Made by a program: the position numbers and the translations under genes
Notes under the pieces: generated by a model
Told to the model about the DNA's origin: nothing
The model's input: the letters and a program-made list of their open reading frames with translations, nothing else
Databases searched by the model: none
IMG/VR virus record: IMGVR_UViG_3300028027_000046
Strand: one strand, 5' to 3'
From: an uncultured virus (IMG/VR IMGVR_UViG_3300028027_000046)
Lineage: Duplodnaviria; Heunggongvirae; Uroviricota; Caudoviricetes
Length of the DNA: 64,000 nucleotides
Shown here: piece by piece, positions 48,713-59,862 of the stretch
Layout of the letters: each line of letters begins with the position of its first letter
Numbering within the stretch: position 1 is the stretch's first letter

Positions 48713-49369
48713 ATGCCAAGAGCTTTCCATTTACCAAAAGAAATGATTCTAGCCGCAATGACTCAAACCAAATCAGTCCATTCCGCAGCGAGATATTTGA
48801 ATTGTTCTTATCAACATATTAAAAAATACATGTTAGCGTATACTGATGAATCGACAGGTAAATCATTATTCGAAATACATAAAAACCAAAGCGGTAAGGG
48901 TATACCTAAACACTTAGCTAGCCCTCACCCAAACGCAACAGTGTTACCTCCCATCTTAAAAATAATCAATGGTGAAGTCTCAGCATCACATTTCCACCCA
49001 GACAAAATCAAGGCGAGTATGATTGAATCTGGGTATATGAAGGAAGAATGTTATGCTTGTGGGTTTGCGCAACGTAGAACAATTGACCATAAACCACCAT
49101 TATTGCTGAATTTTATAGACGGTAATAAAACACATTGGGGTTTAAGTAATGTTCAATTGTTATGTTATAACTGTTACTTCTTGTACGTGGGTAATGTGTT
49201 TACTAAAAGCGACGTACAGTTAATAGAATCAGGCAAGCAAGGTCAATTTCATTCCGACTATGTTCATTTTGAACTAGATGAATATCATTTAGATAAGTTG
49301 GATGAATTAGGTGGGTGGAATGATAGTGTTGATGATGATCCTTATTCTTTGGTTTCGAAGAGAAAGTAA
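48713..49369 (+). CDS. HTH plus degenerate HNH/zinc domain protein
   Basis: SAARYLNCSY HTH; CYACG...DGN...NVQLLCYNC. Confidence 0.7.
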   Translation: MPRAFHLPKEMILAAMTQTKSVHSAARYLNCSYQHIKKYMLAYTDESTGKSLFEIHKNQSGKGIPKHLASPHPNATVLPPILKIINGEVSASHFHPDKIKASMIESGYMKEECYACGFAQRRTIDHKPPLLLNFIDGNKTHWGLSNVQLLCYNCYFLYVGNVFTKSDVQLIESGKQGQFHSDYVHFELDEYHLDKLDELGGWNDSVDDDPYSLVSKRK

Positions 49370-49381
49370 ATATTTATAAGC

Positions 49382-49861
49382 ATGGAATTAGAAAATACCT
49401 TTTACGACCCTATCAATCATATATATCCAGGGGGAAGAAAAAAATTTAAAGAAGAATATCCTAAATTAGGGTTAATGAACCCTCGTTCTTTGTATCATGA
49501 TGCTGAAATGATGAATGAAATTGAATATGGATCTATCCCCTCTGATTTTTTCCATATTCCAACCCCCTCCAAAGCATATTATGTTATCCTAACAAAATTC
49601 TTGAAACGAATTGAAAGGTATGGGTTAGCTAATAGATTAACTAATAGAGAAGATTATATTACGTTATTTTTGGAAGGTTTTAAGTTTGATGGAATGTTAA
49701 TTGACTGCACAATACTTGAAGTTGATTTGGATAAAGTTAATAATATTAAAGTATACCAGAAAAAAGGAACTACTAACCAAATAATTTCAGTTTTTCAAAA
49801 TATTCCACCTATTTATATTAGGGTAGTAGGAGAAGTAGAAGTAAATCCGTATATTAAATGA
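49382..49861 (+). CDS. hypothetical protein
   Basis: 159 aa; ATATTTATA motif at 49370. Confidence 0.6.
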   Translation: MELENTFYDPINHIYPGGRKKFKEEYPKLGLMNPRSLYHDAEMMNEIEYGSIPSDFFHIPTPSKAYYVILTKFLKRIERYGLANRLTNREDYITLFLEGFKFDGMLIDCTILEVDLDKVNNIKVYQKKGTTNQIISVFQNIPPIYIRVVGEVEVNPYIK

Positions 49862-50017
49862 AGCCATCTAAGAAGCATCAACGTATAGTTAAAGATTACG
49901 AAAAACAAAAAGAAAAACACTTAGAACGGATTGCAACCAAGTTACTTAAAGATGATGAACGTAACCAAAAACTCAAGAACAAACCAATTGATCCAGGGTT
50001 TTTAAATTTATTTTAAT

Positions 50018-50314
50018 ATGGCAAGTGAGATTACAGTATTTAATAGTGATGAATTCGAAGAGTTAATCACTAATCGTGATGTGAGAATTGCTCAAGCATT
50101 GGTAGATACAATTCTATCCAATCTAAAGGGACGTAAACGTCATTTGCATGCTCTATCAGTATTGGTAGAACAGGAACAAACAATATATGATATTACAGTG
50201 GACAGGAAGGAATTTATTACCACACTAAAGCAAAACCTTCCCATATTTGAGGAAAAGGAACTGTATGAAGTATGTGCTGAAATAAGAGACGCACTCATAT
50301 TACTAGAAAAATAA
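50018..50314 (+). CDS. hypothetical protein with C-terminal UVR-like motif
   Basis: EEKELYEVCAEIRD. Confidence 0.6.
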   Translation: MASEITVFNSDEFEELITNRDVRIAQALVDTILSNLKGRKRHLHALSVLVEQEQTIYDITVDRKEFITTLKQNLPIFEEKELYEVCAEIRDALILLEK

Positions 50315-50672
50315 ATTTAAAGCTCCGTTAAGGAGCTTTTGTTTTTCAAAATAGATTTCGTATATTCAAGCATATTAAAAAATAAAATAAGGTTATGAAA
50401 GAAACGATTATTACCGACGAACAATTACTAGATGTGTATATGAAAGGATTCATTGACAGTTTACACGACATGCCTCCTCAACCATTAGAGACGTCACTCG
50501 AACAAAAAGCATATCAATTAGGTAGAATTGATGCTTTAATTGGAGATGAAATCGAAGAACACGATTACCAATCCAACGAAGAAATACTCTCTCAAATTAG
50601 AGGACAGAGATAATTAAAATCTCATTCGTATATTCCAGCATATTAAAAAATAATAAATTAAAAAATAAGGTT

Positions 50673-51470
50673 ATGAAAGTAGTAGAAAGAAAAGTTGAAA
50701 CAAGAGGTAGAAAACCAAAACAAAAAAACGAAGTAATGTTTAATCCAAACGATGTTAAGTTATTTAGAGGTAGTGATTTATCGTTTAGTGATTCATTATT
50801 TAAACCGTTTAAAACAAACACTGAGTTAGATATTATTTTATCTACTGATGGTGGGTTGATGCCAGGTATTAATTTAATTATAGCTGGAGGACCTGGTTCC
50901 GGTAAAACTACAGTAGTTCTGGACATGATGTCTAAGTTTACTCAGCAGGGGTTGAAGTGCCTTTATGTGAGTGCGGAAATGGATGAAATTGGTCACTACA
51001 AGTACTGTAAAAGAATGCCTAATTTTGGATGTGTTCAAACGTTGTTTTTAAAGGAATATCAAGATAACATAAAGGATGTTTTAGAATACGTGTTTTCGTT
51101 AGGATACGATATAATAGCAATTGATTCTATTGCTGAGGTATTAGAAATGTATAAATCGTTATATAAAACAACTGAATATGCTGCTGAGTCATGGTACTTA
51201 AAGTTGCAGGACAGAATGAAAAAAGGTGATAATGAATTATCATATAATACTTCATTCATTAATATTCAACAAGTTACTAAAAATAACGATCATAAAGGAT
51301 CAAATCGATTAAAACATAATGTTGATGCTTTTAGTACAATTGAGCGAAGTAAAGACGGTTTAGAAAGATCAATGCACTTCGAGAAAAACCGTGACTGCGA
51401 TAAAGATTTCAAAATATTCTTTTCAATATACAAAGATGGAGTTCATTACGCTTTTGGAGGAGAAGAATAG
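50673..51470 (+). CDS. RecA-fold ATPase (RadA/Sms- or KaiC-like)
   Basis: GGPGSGKTT, YVSAEM, IAIDS, GSNRLKHNVD, EKNR. Confidence 0.85.
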   Translation: MKVVERKVETRGRKPKQKNEVMFNPNDVKLFRGSDLSFSDSLFKPFKTNTELDIILSTDGGLMPGINLIIAGGPGSGKTTVVLDMMSKFTQQGLKCLYVSAEMDEIGHYKYCKRMPNFGCVQTLFLKEYQDNIKDVLEYVFSLGYDIIAIDSIAEVLEMYKSLYKTTEYAAESWYLKLQDRMKKGDNELSYNTSFINIQQVTKNNDHKGSNRLKHNVDAFSTIERSKDGLERSMHFEKNRDCDKDFKIFFSIYKDGVHYAFGGEE

Positions 51471-51471
51471 A

Positions 51472-51505
51472 AGGACAAGTTTATTACCGATTAAATTCGT
51501 ATATT
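51472..51505 (+). promoter_or_regulatory. promoter class 2, AGGAC-N22-GTATATT (example; nine copies)
   Basis: Copies at 50601, 51472, 52410, 60877, 61382 (GCATATT), 62489, 62946, 63407 and 63695. Confidence 0.85.
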
Positions 51506-51662
51506 CAATCATATTAAAAAATAAAACATTATGAGTTGTTCAGGCGGTAAGTCAGTGAAAAAAGGAAGGTATAGTAAATCTCAAAACCTTCAAAAACCAA
51601 TCGATTACACTATCGATAAAAACGGAAATATTAAACCAATATACACTAAAAAATAAAACGTT

Positions 51663-52406
51663 ATGAAAGCAAAATTTATCCCAGTAAACAACAATCTAGA
51701 CAAAGCAATTGCATTTGCTAACACACTAGATTCAAACAACATTAGAAACGTACAAAAAATACAAACACCGCAACACTACATTGAAACGTTAGATGTAGTT
51801 AAAATGCTTCAAAATGAAGGGTGGGAGTTAAGTGGTGTTGATGAATATAGAAACAAGCAACGTAAAGTAGTATCTCACTTTTTACAATTACATCACAATG
51901 ATTTTCAAATAGTTACTAACGGTAAAAGAGATGCTGTTGCCTCTATCACACTTTCAAATAGTTGTAACGGAAAAAAACCGTTAGAAATGAGTCTAGGTGT
52001 GTATCGTCAAGTATGCTCAAACGGATTAATGGTACGTGAGGAATTTGCTACTGAACGATTCAGACATATTCAAATCGATTATAATAATTTAGTAAATAAA
52101 CTTAATTTATTTGGTAATAAAGTTGATAAGGTTTTAAATAAATTTAATAGCTTAAAAGAGCATACATTGAGTGATAACTTAATGAGACAATTTGCTATAG
52201 AAGCAGCTTCATTACGATTCACACCAGAGGAAGTAAATAGTAGAGTTGAAGATTTACTTAGAGTAAGTAGATTAGAGGACGAAGGTAATAATTTATGGGC
52301 TGTTTACAACCGTGTTCAAGAAAACCTAACACATGACGTAAGAAATCCAAATATGGACATAAAATTAAACCAGCAATTATTTGCTTTAGCTGAAAACTAC
52401 ATGTAA
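51663..52406 (+). CDS. DUF932-like protein
   Basis: LSNSCNG...GVYRQVCSNGL...NLWAVYNRVQE. Confidence 0.75.
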   Translation: MKAKFIPVNNNLDKAIAFANTLDSNNIRNVQKIQTPQHYIETLDVVKMLQNEGWELSGVDEYRNKQRKVVSHFLQLHHNDFQIVTNGKRDAVASITLSNSCNGKKPLEMSLGVYRQVCSNGLMVREEFATERFRHIQIDYNNLVNKLNLFGNKVDKVLNKFNSLKEHTLSDNLMRQFAIEAASLRFTPEEVNSRVEDLLRVSRLEDEGNNLWAVYNRVQENLTHDVRNPNMDIKLNQQLFALAENYM

Positions 52407-52635
52407 AAAAGGACGAGCACCCGCAAGGGTGCTTTCGTATATTCCAGTATATTTAAAAACAGAATGAAAAGGATTTATAGGAAAGTAAGAAAATATTTTG
52501 AAATAGAGAAGGTATGTCAACATAAATTTGATATTAAGGAGGTGTTAGATATGGATTGTGATCCAAAATGTATACACTGCGGAGTACTATTATATGATTT
52601 GACAATGGATAAAATTAAACTAAAAATGTAAGGTT

Positions 52636-54070
52636 ATGAAATTTAAAGAATTTAAAAAAATTATTAAAACGTATAAACAAACCGTTAAACAATTTGATGA
52701 ATTGTATGATTTGGGTTTTGATTTTTTAGAAAATGAAAAATTCCCAGTATGGGCAGGTTTAGACAATCTTTTAATGTTAACATTTGAAAGTCATTACGAT
52801 GAAAAAGGAGTTGATTGGATAAATTGGTTCATTTATGACAATGACTATGGAACTAAGGGTTTAACAGCAAATGATGGAGATTTACCAATCTGCTACGATT
52901 TAAAATCACTACACGAATATATTAAACAATATAAAAAATATGAGCAAGTTAAAACAAATTAAAATTAATACAAGTGAGTTTGCATCACTAATGACCGAAA
53001 TGAACGAACCATTTAATTGGAAATTATTGAGGGAAGATGATGGTTTAGTCAATAAATCAACGGATATTAAATGGATCGAATGGAATGAAGATGGAACATT
53101 CAAATCAGAACATAGTGAACCAGCTATAGGCAGATCGTTATTAATGTCACCATTTAACCGATATTTCACATGGCATACAACACCAGTCACTGCATTTAAA
53201 CCAATAGACAACGGATTTATGTTTGTAACTAAAAATAGTAATTATACATTAACCAAAATACATGAACCTTCAGTTTAAATTTGATGGAAAAACATATGAA
53301 TGTGTGGGCGAGGGTAAAGAATTCCAATACACACAATTCCAGTTCCTATTAAAAGAACAAGAATATACAACATTAAAACACAGAATAATTAATCAAACTA
53401 AAGATTTTGGAGAAGGTGTATTTTTAATTGAAATAAAATAAAAGTCATGGAACCAAACAATTCACCTAGAAGGTTATCAATTTTTGATCAAATTGAAGAC
53501 CGCATTAATAGATCGGATACTAACATGTGTAATTTATTAAACTATATAGACACAGAAATTGATAAACGTAAACGTTTATCCGAAGTATCAAACGATCCTA
53601 GCTACTACCATGGAATGGTAATGGCATTATTAGATATACAAGAATTCATTTTAAAAAATAAATAATTATGAAACTATTTTTACAACGCTTACTATACATA
53701 ATAATCTCATTTATTTGGAGTTTATTATTAATCACACTCGTTTTACCGGTGTTTTTATTCTTAATAACTGGATTGAGATGGGGTGAAGTATTAGATTATT
53801 CATATTATAAAATATTTGGTCATGACTATTAGTGAATTAATTAGTTATTTATCCACAATGGATGGTAATTTAGAAGTATATATTCAAGGATATGAAAGTG
53901 GATTCAGGGATGTAGCTGAAGACAGAATTGAGAATATTGAGGTATGTAGAGATTATTATAAACCTGATGGTAATTGGTGGGATGGCGATCATGAAGACGC
54001 TCATGCCGTTGGTCGAGTAGAATATACTTCAAAATATGATGTTAAAAAAGGAATTGTTTTTGGTAGATAA
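52636..54070 (+). other. run of small hypothetical genes (52636-52962, 52940-53278, 53447-53665, 53822-54070 and shorter ORFs)
   Basis: Tightly packed co-oriented ORFs with no recognisable motifs. Confidence 0.6.
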
Positions 54071-54099
54071 AATTCGTATATTCCATTAAATAAAAAGTT

Positions 54100-54435
54100 A
54101 TGGCAAATAATTTAGACAAACAATACACAACATTACTGCAAGACATCTTGGATAACGGTCATCAAAAAGGTGACCGTACAGGAACGGGAACTATATCAGT
54201 ATTTGGTAGACAGATCAGACATAAGATGTCAGAAGGATTTCCACTTCTTACCACAAAGAAAATGTATATGAAAGGAGTTATTGCAGAATTATTATGGTTC
54301 TTACGTGGTGATACAAACATTAAATTCCTTGTTGATAATAATTGTCATATTTGGGTAGGAGATTCCTTTTCTAACTACATGAAGGAATATGAAAAATATA
54401 AACAATCTCAAGAAAATGTTGAGAAGGAATGTTAA
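54100..54435 (+). CDS. thyA: thymidylate synthase, N-terminal piece
   Basis: [26 protein letters not shown]; ends at a TAA. Confidence 0.93.
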   Translation: MANNLDKQYTTLLQDILDNGHQKGDRTGTGTISVFGRQIRHKMSEGFPLLTTKKMYMKGVIAELLWFLRGDTNIKFLVDNNCHIWVGDSFSNYMKEYEKYKQSQENVEKEC

Positions 54436-54472
54436 ATTTGGAATTTTCATATATTTATAATAAAATAATATT

Positions 54473-55279
54473 ATGAGTGTAGGGATTTACAAAATTACAA
54501 CCCCAAGTGGTAAAATTTATATTGGGCAATCAACTAATCTTGAAAAAAGAGAAGATGATTATATAAAACTTAGATGTGGTAAACAACCTAAACTGTATAA
54601 TTCTCTTAAAAAACACGGATGGGAAAAACATAAATTTGAAATAGTAGAAGAGTGCATTGTAGAACAATTAAATGAAAGAGAAATATATTGGGGATTATAC
54701 TATGATGTTTTAGGAGAAAATGGTCTAAATTTAAGATTAGGAGATGCTAATGGGTTATGTAGTCAAGAAACTAAAGATAAAATAGGTTTATCTAACTCGG
54801 GACCTAAACCTAACGGGTTTAATCAAAAATTAAGTAAACCCGTTTTACAATTTGATAAACAAGGTATCTTGATAGCCGAATATACTTCATATAACAATGC
54901 AGTTAAAATTACAGGTTTACGTTTAGCTGAAGTTTTAAGAGGAGCTGCTAAAACCGCAGGTGGATTTATTTTTAAATACAAAGATGACTGGGATGGAAAT
55001 CCACCAATGATAAAACCCCATGGTAAAATAGGTAAACCGTCGTCTCTTAAGGGTAGGGTTAGCCCCACTAAAGGTAAATCAATAAATAAAAAGCCCAAAA
55101 CAGAAGAATTTAAAAATAAGTTAAGCAAACCCATATTACAATTAGATTTAGAAGGTAATATTATATATGAATTTAAATCACAAACTGAAGTAAAACAATT
55201 ATTAAATATAGACCCTCAGAATGTTTTAAGAGGAAAAACTAAAACAGCAGGTGGTTATAAATGGAAATATAAAATATAA
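54473..55279 (+). CDS. GIY-YIG homing endonuclease
   Basis: VGIYKITTPSGKIYIGQS; two KP(V/I)LQ...AGG(F/Y) NUMOD1-like repeats; KGRVSPTKGK shared with 644..1444. Confidence 0.92.
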   Translation: MSVGIYKITTPSGKIYIGQSTNLEKREDDYIKLRCGKQPKLYNSLKKHGWEKHKFEIVEECIVEQLNEREIYWGLYYDVLGENGLNLRLGDANGLCSQETKDKIGLSNSGPKPNGFNQKLSKPVLQFDKQGILIAEYTSYNNAVKITGLRLAEVLRGAAKTAGGFIFKYKDDWDGNPPMIKPHGKIGKPSSLKGRVSPTKGKSINKKPKTEEFKNKLSKPILQLDLEGNIIYEFKSQTEVKQLLNIDPQNVLRGKTKTAGGYKWKYKI

Positions 55280-55282
55280 GTT

Positions 55283-56086
55283 ATGAAATTTAAAAAAGAA
55301 GATTTACATGAAAGTGGCAGACCACTCACACAAGAAGAATTCATAAACAAAATCAAAACAGATGATGAGTTTGCTAAGAAGTGGGGTGATTTAGGCCCCG
55401 TATATGGTAAGCAATGGAGAGAGTGGAAACAATTTATCCCATATGATGTAACATCCGAAAATTGTAAAGTCGCTGTTAAAATAACTGACCAAATAGCAAA
55501 TGCAATCCATCACCTAAAAACAAACCCAGACGATAGAGGTATCATCGTTTCAGCTTGGAATGTTGGTGAATTAAATAATATGGTTTTACGACCTTGTCAT
55601 TATGGATTTCAAGTTTATACAAGAGAGTTGAGTAATGAAGAAAGATGTAAATTAGCTGTTAATGAAGGATGGATGGATAAATCCGTTTTAGACGATATAG
55701 ATGGCGTAAACCACATACAAACTACTTGGACTTTAAATGCTAATAATACCCCAACAAGAGCAATCTCATTGATGTGGAATCAACGAAGTGTAGATACTGG
55801 GTTAGGGTTAGGTTTTAATATAGCAAGCTATGGATTGCTATTAGAAATAATAGCAAAAGAAGTTAATATGGTTCCTGATGAACTCATAGGGAATTTAGGA
55901 GACGTGCATTTGTATTTGGATCATGTAGAACCAATTAAAGAACAATTAAATAGAGATCCATTTAATCTACCTAAATTAAAAATTAAGGATAAACAGGTGA
56001 ATGATATCTCTCAATATATTGTAAGTGATTTTGAATTGATTGATTATCAATTCCACCCGCCCATTAAACTTCCATTATCAAATTAA
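55283..56086 (+). CDS. thyA: thymidylate synthase, C-terminal catalytic piece
   Basis: DLGPVYGKQWR, SAWN, LRPCH, QRSVD..LG..FN, DVHLY. Confidence 0.95.
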   Translation: MKFKKEDLHESGRPLTQEEFINKIKTDDEFAKKWGDLGPVYGKQWREWKQFIPYDVTSENCKVAVKITDQIANAIHHLKTNPDDRGIIVSAWNVGELNNMVLRPCHYGFQVYTRELSNEERCKLAVNEGWMDKSVLDDIDGVNHIQTTWTLNANNTPTRAISLMWNQRSVDTGLGLGFNIASYGLLLEIIAKEVNMVPDELIGNLGDVHLYLDHVEPIKEQLNRDPFNLPKLKIKDKQVNDISQYIVSDFELIDYQFHPPIKLPLSN

Positions 56087-56087
56087 C

Positions 56088-56345
56088 ATGAAACTAGAAC
56101 TACAATCCACCGAATCCTCATACCGCTACGAAGTATATTTCCAAAAACAACATTTAGGTTATTTTTATACTGAAATAGACGGTTTTTGGGTATTTTGGGC
56201 TAAACAGCAAGGCTACTGGAATGAATTCAGTTTAAGAATGATTGCTGATAAACTTGAGGAAATGAATAAACCTTACATTGATGCTTATTCTGACTACGAT
56301 TTAACAAGTAATTTATCAAAACATAAGGTAAACACTAAACCATAA
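56088..56345 (+). CDS. hypothetical protein
   Basis: ATG right after the thyA stop; 3' end overlaps the converging gene. Confidence 0.55.
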   Translation: MKLELQSTESSYRYEVYFQKQHLGYFYTEIDGFWVFWAKQQGYWNEFSLRMIADKLEEMNKPYIDAYSDYDLTSNLSKHKVNTKP

Positions 56346-56680
56346 ACTACTCTAGCTATAAGTGCAGCCCATATTATATTCAGTGAACCAAATTTCAATA
56401 ATGGTAAACCAATAAACAGGAATGTGTTACGGTAAAATTTAAACAAGTGCCATGCATCTGTTGTAAACACAAATATAGTTGACGAACCTATAAATCGTTC
56501 AGTTTTTAAATCTTCTTTCCATTTATTAACCCACGATTTAGTTGGATTCCAAAACTCTTGTTTGTATTTTGCTTGTGAGAATATAGATCGATCGAAATGG
56601 AATTGTGTTTTATCCATTATTGCTTCAGCTACTGCTGATACAGCAACTAATGTTAATCCTAAAATAGTAAATAGTATCAT
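56294..56680 (-). CDS. membrane protein
   Basis: Hydrophobic N- and C-termini; TDAWHLFK. Confidence 0.7.
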   Translation of the reverse strand: MILFTILGLTLVAVSAVAEAIMDKTQFHFDRSIFSQAKYKQEFWNPTKSWVNKWKEDLKTERFIGSSTIFVFTTDAWHLFKFYRNTFLFIGLPLLKFGSLNIIWAALIARVVYGLVFTLCFDKLLVKS

Positions 56681-56681
56681 T

Positions 56682-56942
56682 TTATTTTATTTTAAATATA
56701 TTTTTAAAGTTAGCTACGAAAGGCATGTCTTGCCCGTTATGCTCTAATTTGTATTTTTCATTTTTAGTAATAATTGTCCATATGATATTACCAATGAATG
56801 CACCATTAGCAGCAACACCTGCACCAATTAAACCATACCACTCTACACCATCGTAGTACCAATTAGATACTTGAGACCAGTACGCAATAAACAAAAATGT
56901 AGTTACTATCCAGTAAACCGCATTAACTAAATTGTTTTTCAT
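56682..56942 (-). CDS. membrane protein with two TM helices
   Basis: MKNNLVNAVYW...; ATATTTATG motif on the minus strand at about 56958-56966. Confidence 0.65.
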   Translation of the reverse strand: MKNNLVNAVYWIVTTFLFIAYWSQVSNWYYDGVEWYGLIGAGVAANGAFIGNIIWTIITKNEKYKLEHNGQDMPFVANFKNIFKIK

Positions 56943-57024
56943 AATTTTATATTTTATCATAAATATATTTGGCTCTTAAAATTAATATTCGTATATTCAA
57001 TTATAATTTAAAAACATAAACAAA

Positions 57025-59690
57025 ATGGCAAAAGTAATATTAGAATTCGATTCGATCGAAGATCAAGACGATATCCAATCCGCAATTAACGGATATAAGT
57101 GGAAACTAGCTATATGGGACCTAGATCAAGAACTTAGAGCAACCACTAAATATGGTAAATCTCACATTAGTAGTACTGAAGCATGTTCAGTAGAGGATGC
57201 TGTTGCTGAACGTTATAGAAACATGATTAGGGAAATATTATCAAGTTACGGATTAATGATGGATTAATATGAGCGATTTACCAAACCATACAGAAACCGG
57301 AGAAACATCAACCGGTCCTAAAGACGGATCAATTATTGTAAACAATAGAATCATCAGATGGAAAACTGATGGTAGTGATATTATAGAGGTGTACCTATAC
57401 ACCCGTGAAGGTGAATTTATTAAACAACTATTATGAAAATGTATTACGGATCACTTAAAAAAGACAAAGAAACATCACTGTACTATATCTTTGATATAGT
57501 GCGTGGGGAACAAGTACCTATCCATTTAGAACAACAATCTGTATTCAATGATGATTTAATTGGAAATGGTTTTAAATATTTTATAGGGGATAGATTTGGC
57601 GAAGCATTAGTCATAATCACTGAACCCCATGTAATATCACATTCATCTGATTTAGAGTATCATTTTTCATTAAAACCAAATGAAATTGAACATTTAGAGT
57701 CACTAAAGGAATCAGTTAAAGTACTTTATGAGCATGTAGGAAGCTATTCACTCCACTTCACACCAAACGAAAACGGGGATAGATCAGTATACGTTAGATT
57801 CAACCATATTAACATTATTAAAGATATCACAGATAGATCAAACCCATTAATTTCATAATATGAAAATATTAAGACCCGAAGTACAAGAACAACCAGCATC
57901 CCGGGATTTATTAGGTTTAGTGGATGATGCTATATATGAAATGTTCAACATAACTAGCGATGAACTAGATTTAATTTGCCAATCCGCAGAAGATAAAGAA
58001 ATGGATCAATTTGTACTAACCGAAAAAGCAACATTCACAGACATCCGTAACGCTTTAAACGTTAGAAACAAATATATCCCATATTACAATAAAAACATAA
58101 AAACATAAAGTCATGAAAAAATTATTAACCTTATTATTTGTAATAACAACTATGAATAGTTGCGTTACAGACAAACACATATTGTCATCAGCTGAAAAAT
58201 TCCAATGGTATCACAGAAATGACACTATATTCCACAATTTAATTCCCGTAGCTGTCCTAACCCACATGGAAATCGAATTATATAAAGGTGACCAAACCAA
58301 TGAACTATGCTTTGACCAATTAAGCGATACATTAGGAGACGATCATATCCAGGGGCTAATTGACTTTGTACACACAAGATACCCAAACTACAAAGTACAA
58401 ATCACAACCCCACACCATCGTTAACAAACGTCTATTACCGACGAAAACTTGGATACCATAAAATAAATTCGTATATTCGATCAAATAAAAAGTTATGTTA
58501 AATGATATAATTATGGCTTCAATACTTATTGTACTTGTGTTTGTATACATAATAAAAGTATTCAATGATGAAGACCAAACACCCCCATTTGCATGAATCC
58601 ATATTCACAACAAGTTCAAGGTAAGGGTAGGCCGGCTGAGGAACCAATTATAACTGTAATTGTATTTAAGAAAGGAAAAAAAACATATATATCAACGTTT
58701 CCAAACATGATTATTGACGACATTTTAGATTCATCTAAACGTAAACCATTAATTCCAAATGAATATGAAATTGTTGATGCTGGGATTGGAAAGTCGTTCG
58801 TTGAACGGTATATGAAGCAGTGGAAAGTAACTAAAATTAACGCGATTTAAACATGGAACTATATAAACACAACGACAAATGTTATCTTGTAAGAAGACGC
58901 ATTAGTCACGCGCATTTTACAAACAAAGAAGGACAGTTAGATGCCGATAAAATTAAAGCATGGAGAGACTATTTACCATATGTAGACCACGTTTTAAGAA
59001 CAGAAACACATTATTTATTTGTAGAAACAATCCAGGATGCTGAAATTATTGAAGAAATGGTGGGCTAAACACATCGTTGCTGAATGTCCAAAAGAATTAG
59101 ATGATTTATTTTAGGCGACAAGAAATTGTCGCCTTTATTTGTCTTACCAAATAAATTTTCGTATATTGATTAAAATTAAAAGGTTATAATATGATAATAA
59201 GTTTTTTAGGATTCATTGGATTTGTATGTTCAACCATAATCATCCTGTACTGTTTAGGTTTAATATGGTTAACAATAGTAGACAAATTTGAATATATTAA
59301 CCTAAAAGAAGTATGGTTAATTTGCATACATGGAGGGTTATTATTAGTTGCTCTATCTTATATTTTTTTAATCATAAGAATGGGGTGTTATTTTGGAGGT
59401 ATTATTATTAATGATTTTAAATAAAAGTTATGACATTAGATGCAAAAACAGAAGCTTATAAGCTTATTAACGAAACACCACTAAACAAACAACCAGATGA
59501 CCTAATGGGGTATGCGGGGTTGAGACAAATTGAAGATACAATAATGTTAGTGGAAATGGCAATTAGCGATGTGTTAACAAGTGAGGATAGTATTAATTTT
59601 TACCATGAAGTACTAAACGAATTGTATGGTAAATATAGCCAGGCACTACAAAACACATCAACTTATAAACCTAGAATCGAATTATCATGA
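57025..59690 (+). other. run of small hypothetical genes, including a lipoprotein (58113-58424) and a paralogue of 36393 (57860-58108)
   Basis: Co-oriented ORFs with repeated promoter motifs; lipobox MNSC in 58113. Confidence 0.6.
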
Positions 59691-59862
59691 ACGCAAGAGT
59701 AACTAGAAAAAAATTGTACTTCGAAACAGAAATGTTATCACCATTTATTCCCGAAGTAACACAATTGCAATTTTTACCTCGTAAAAAGAAAAAAGCATTG
59801 AAAAAACAAATTTCAATTAAATTTGTTAAAATGTTAAATGAATGGATTGTAAACGGTAGACC

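Noticed and set aside
54436..55282. Group I intron in thyA
   Set aside because: The non-coding flanks are only 37 and 3 nt, I found no P7-type conserved elements, and thyA-C has its own start context.
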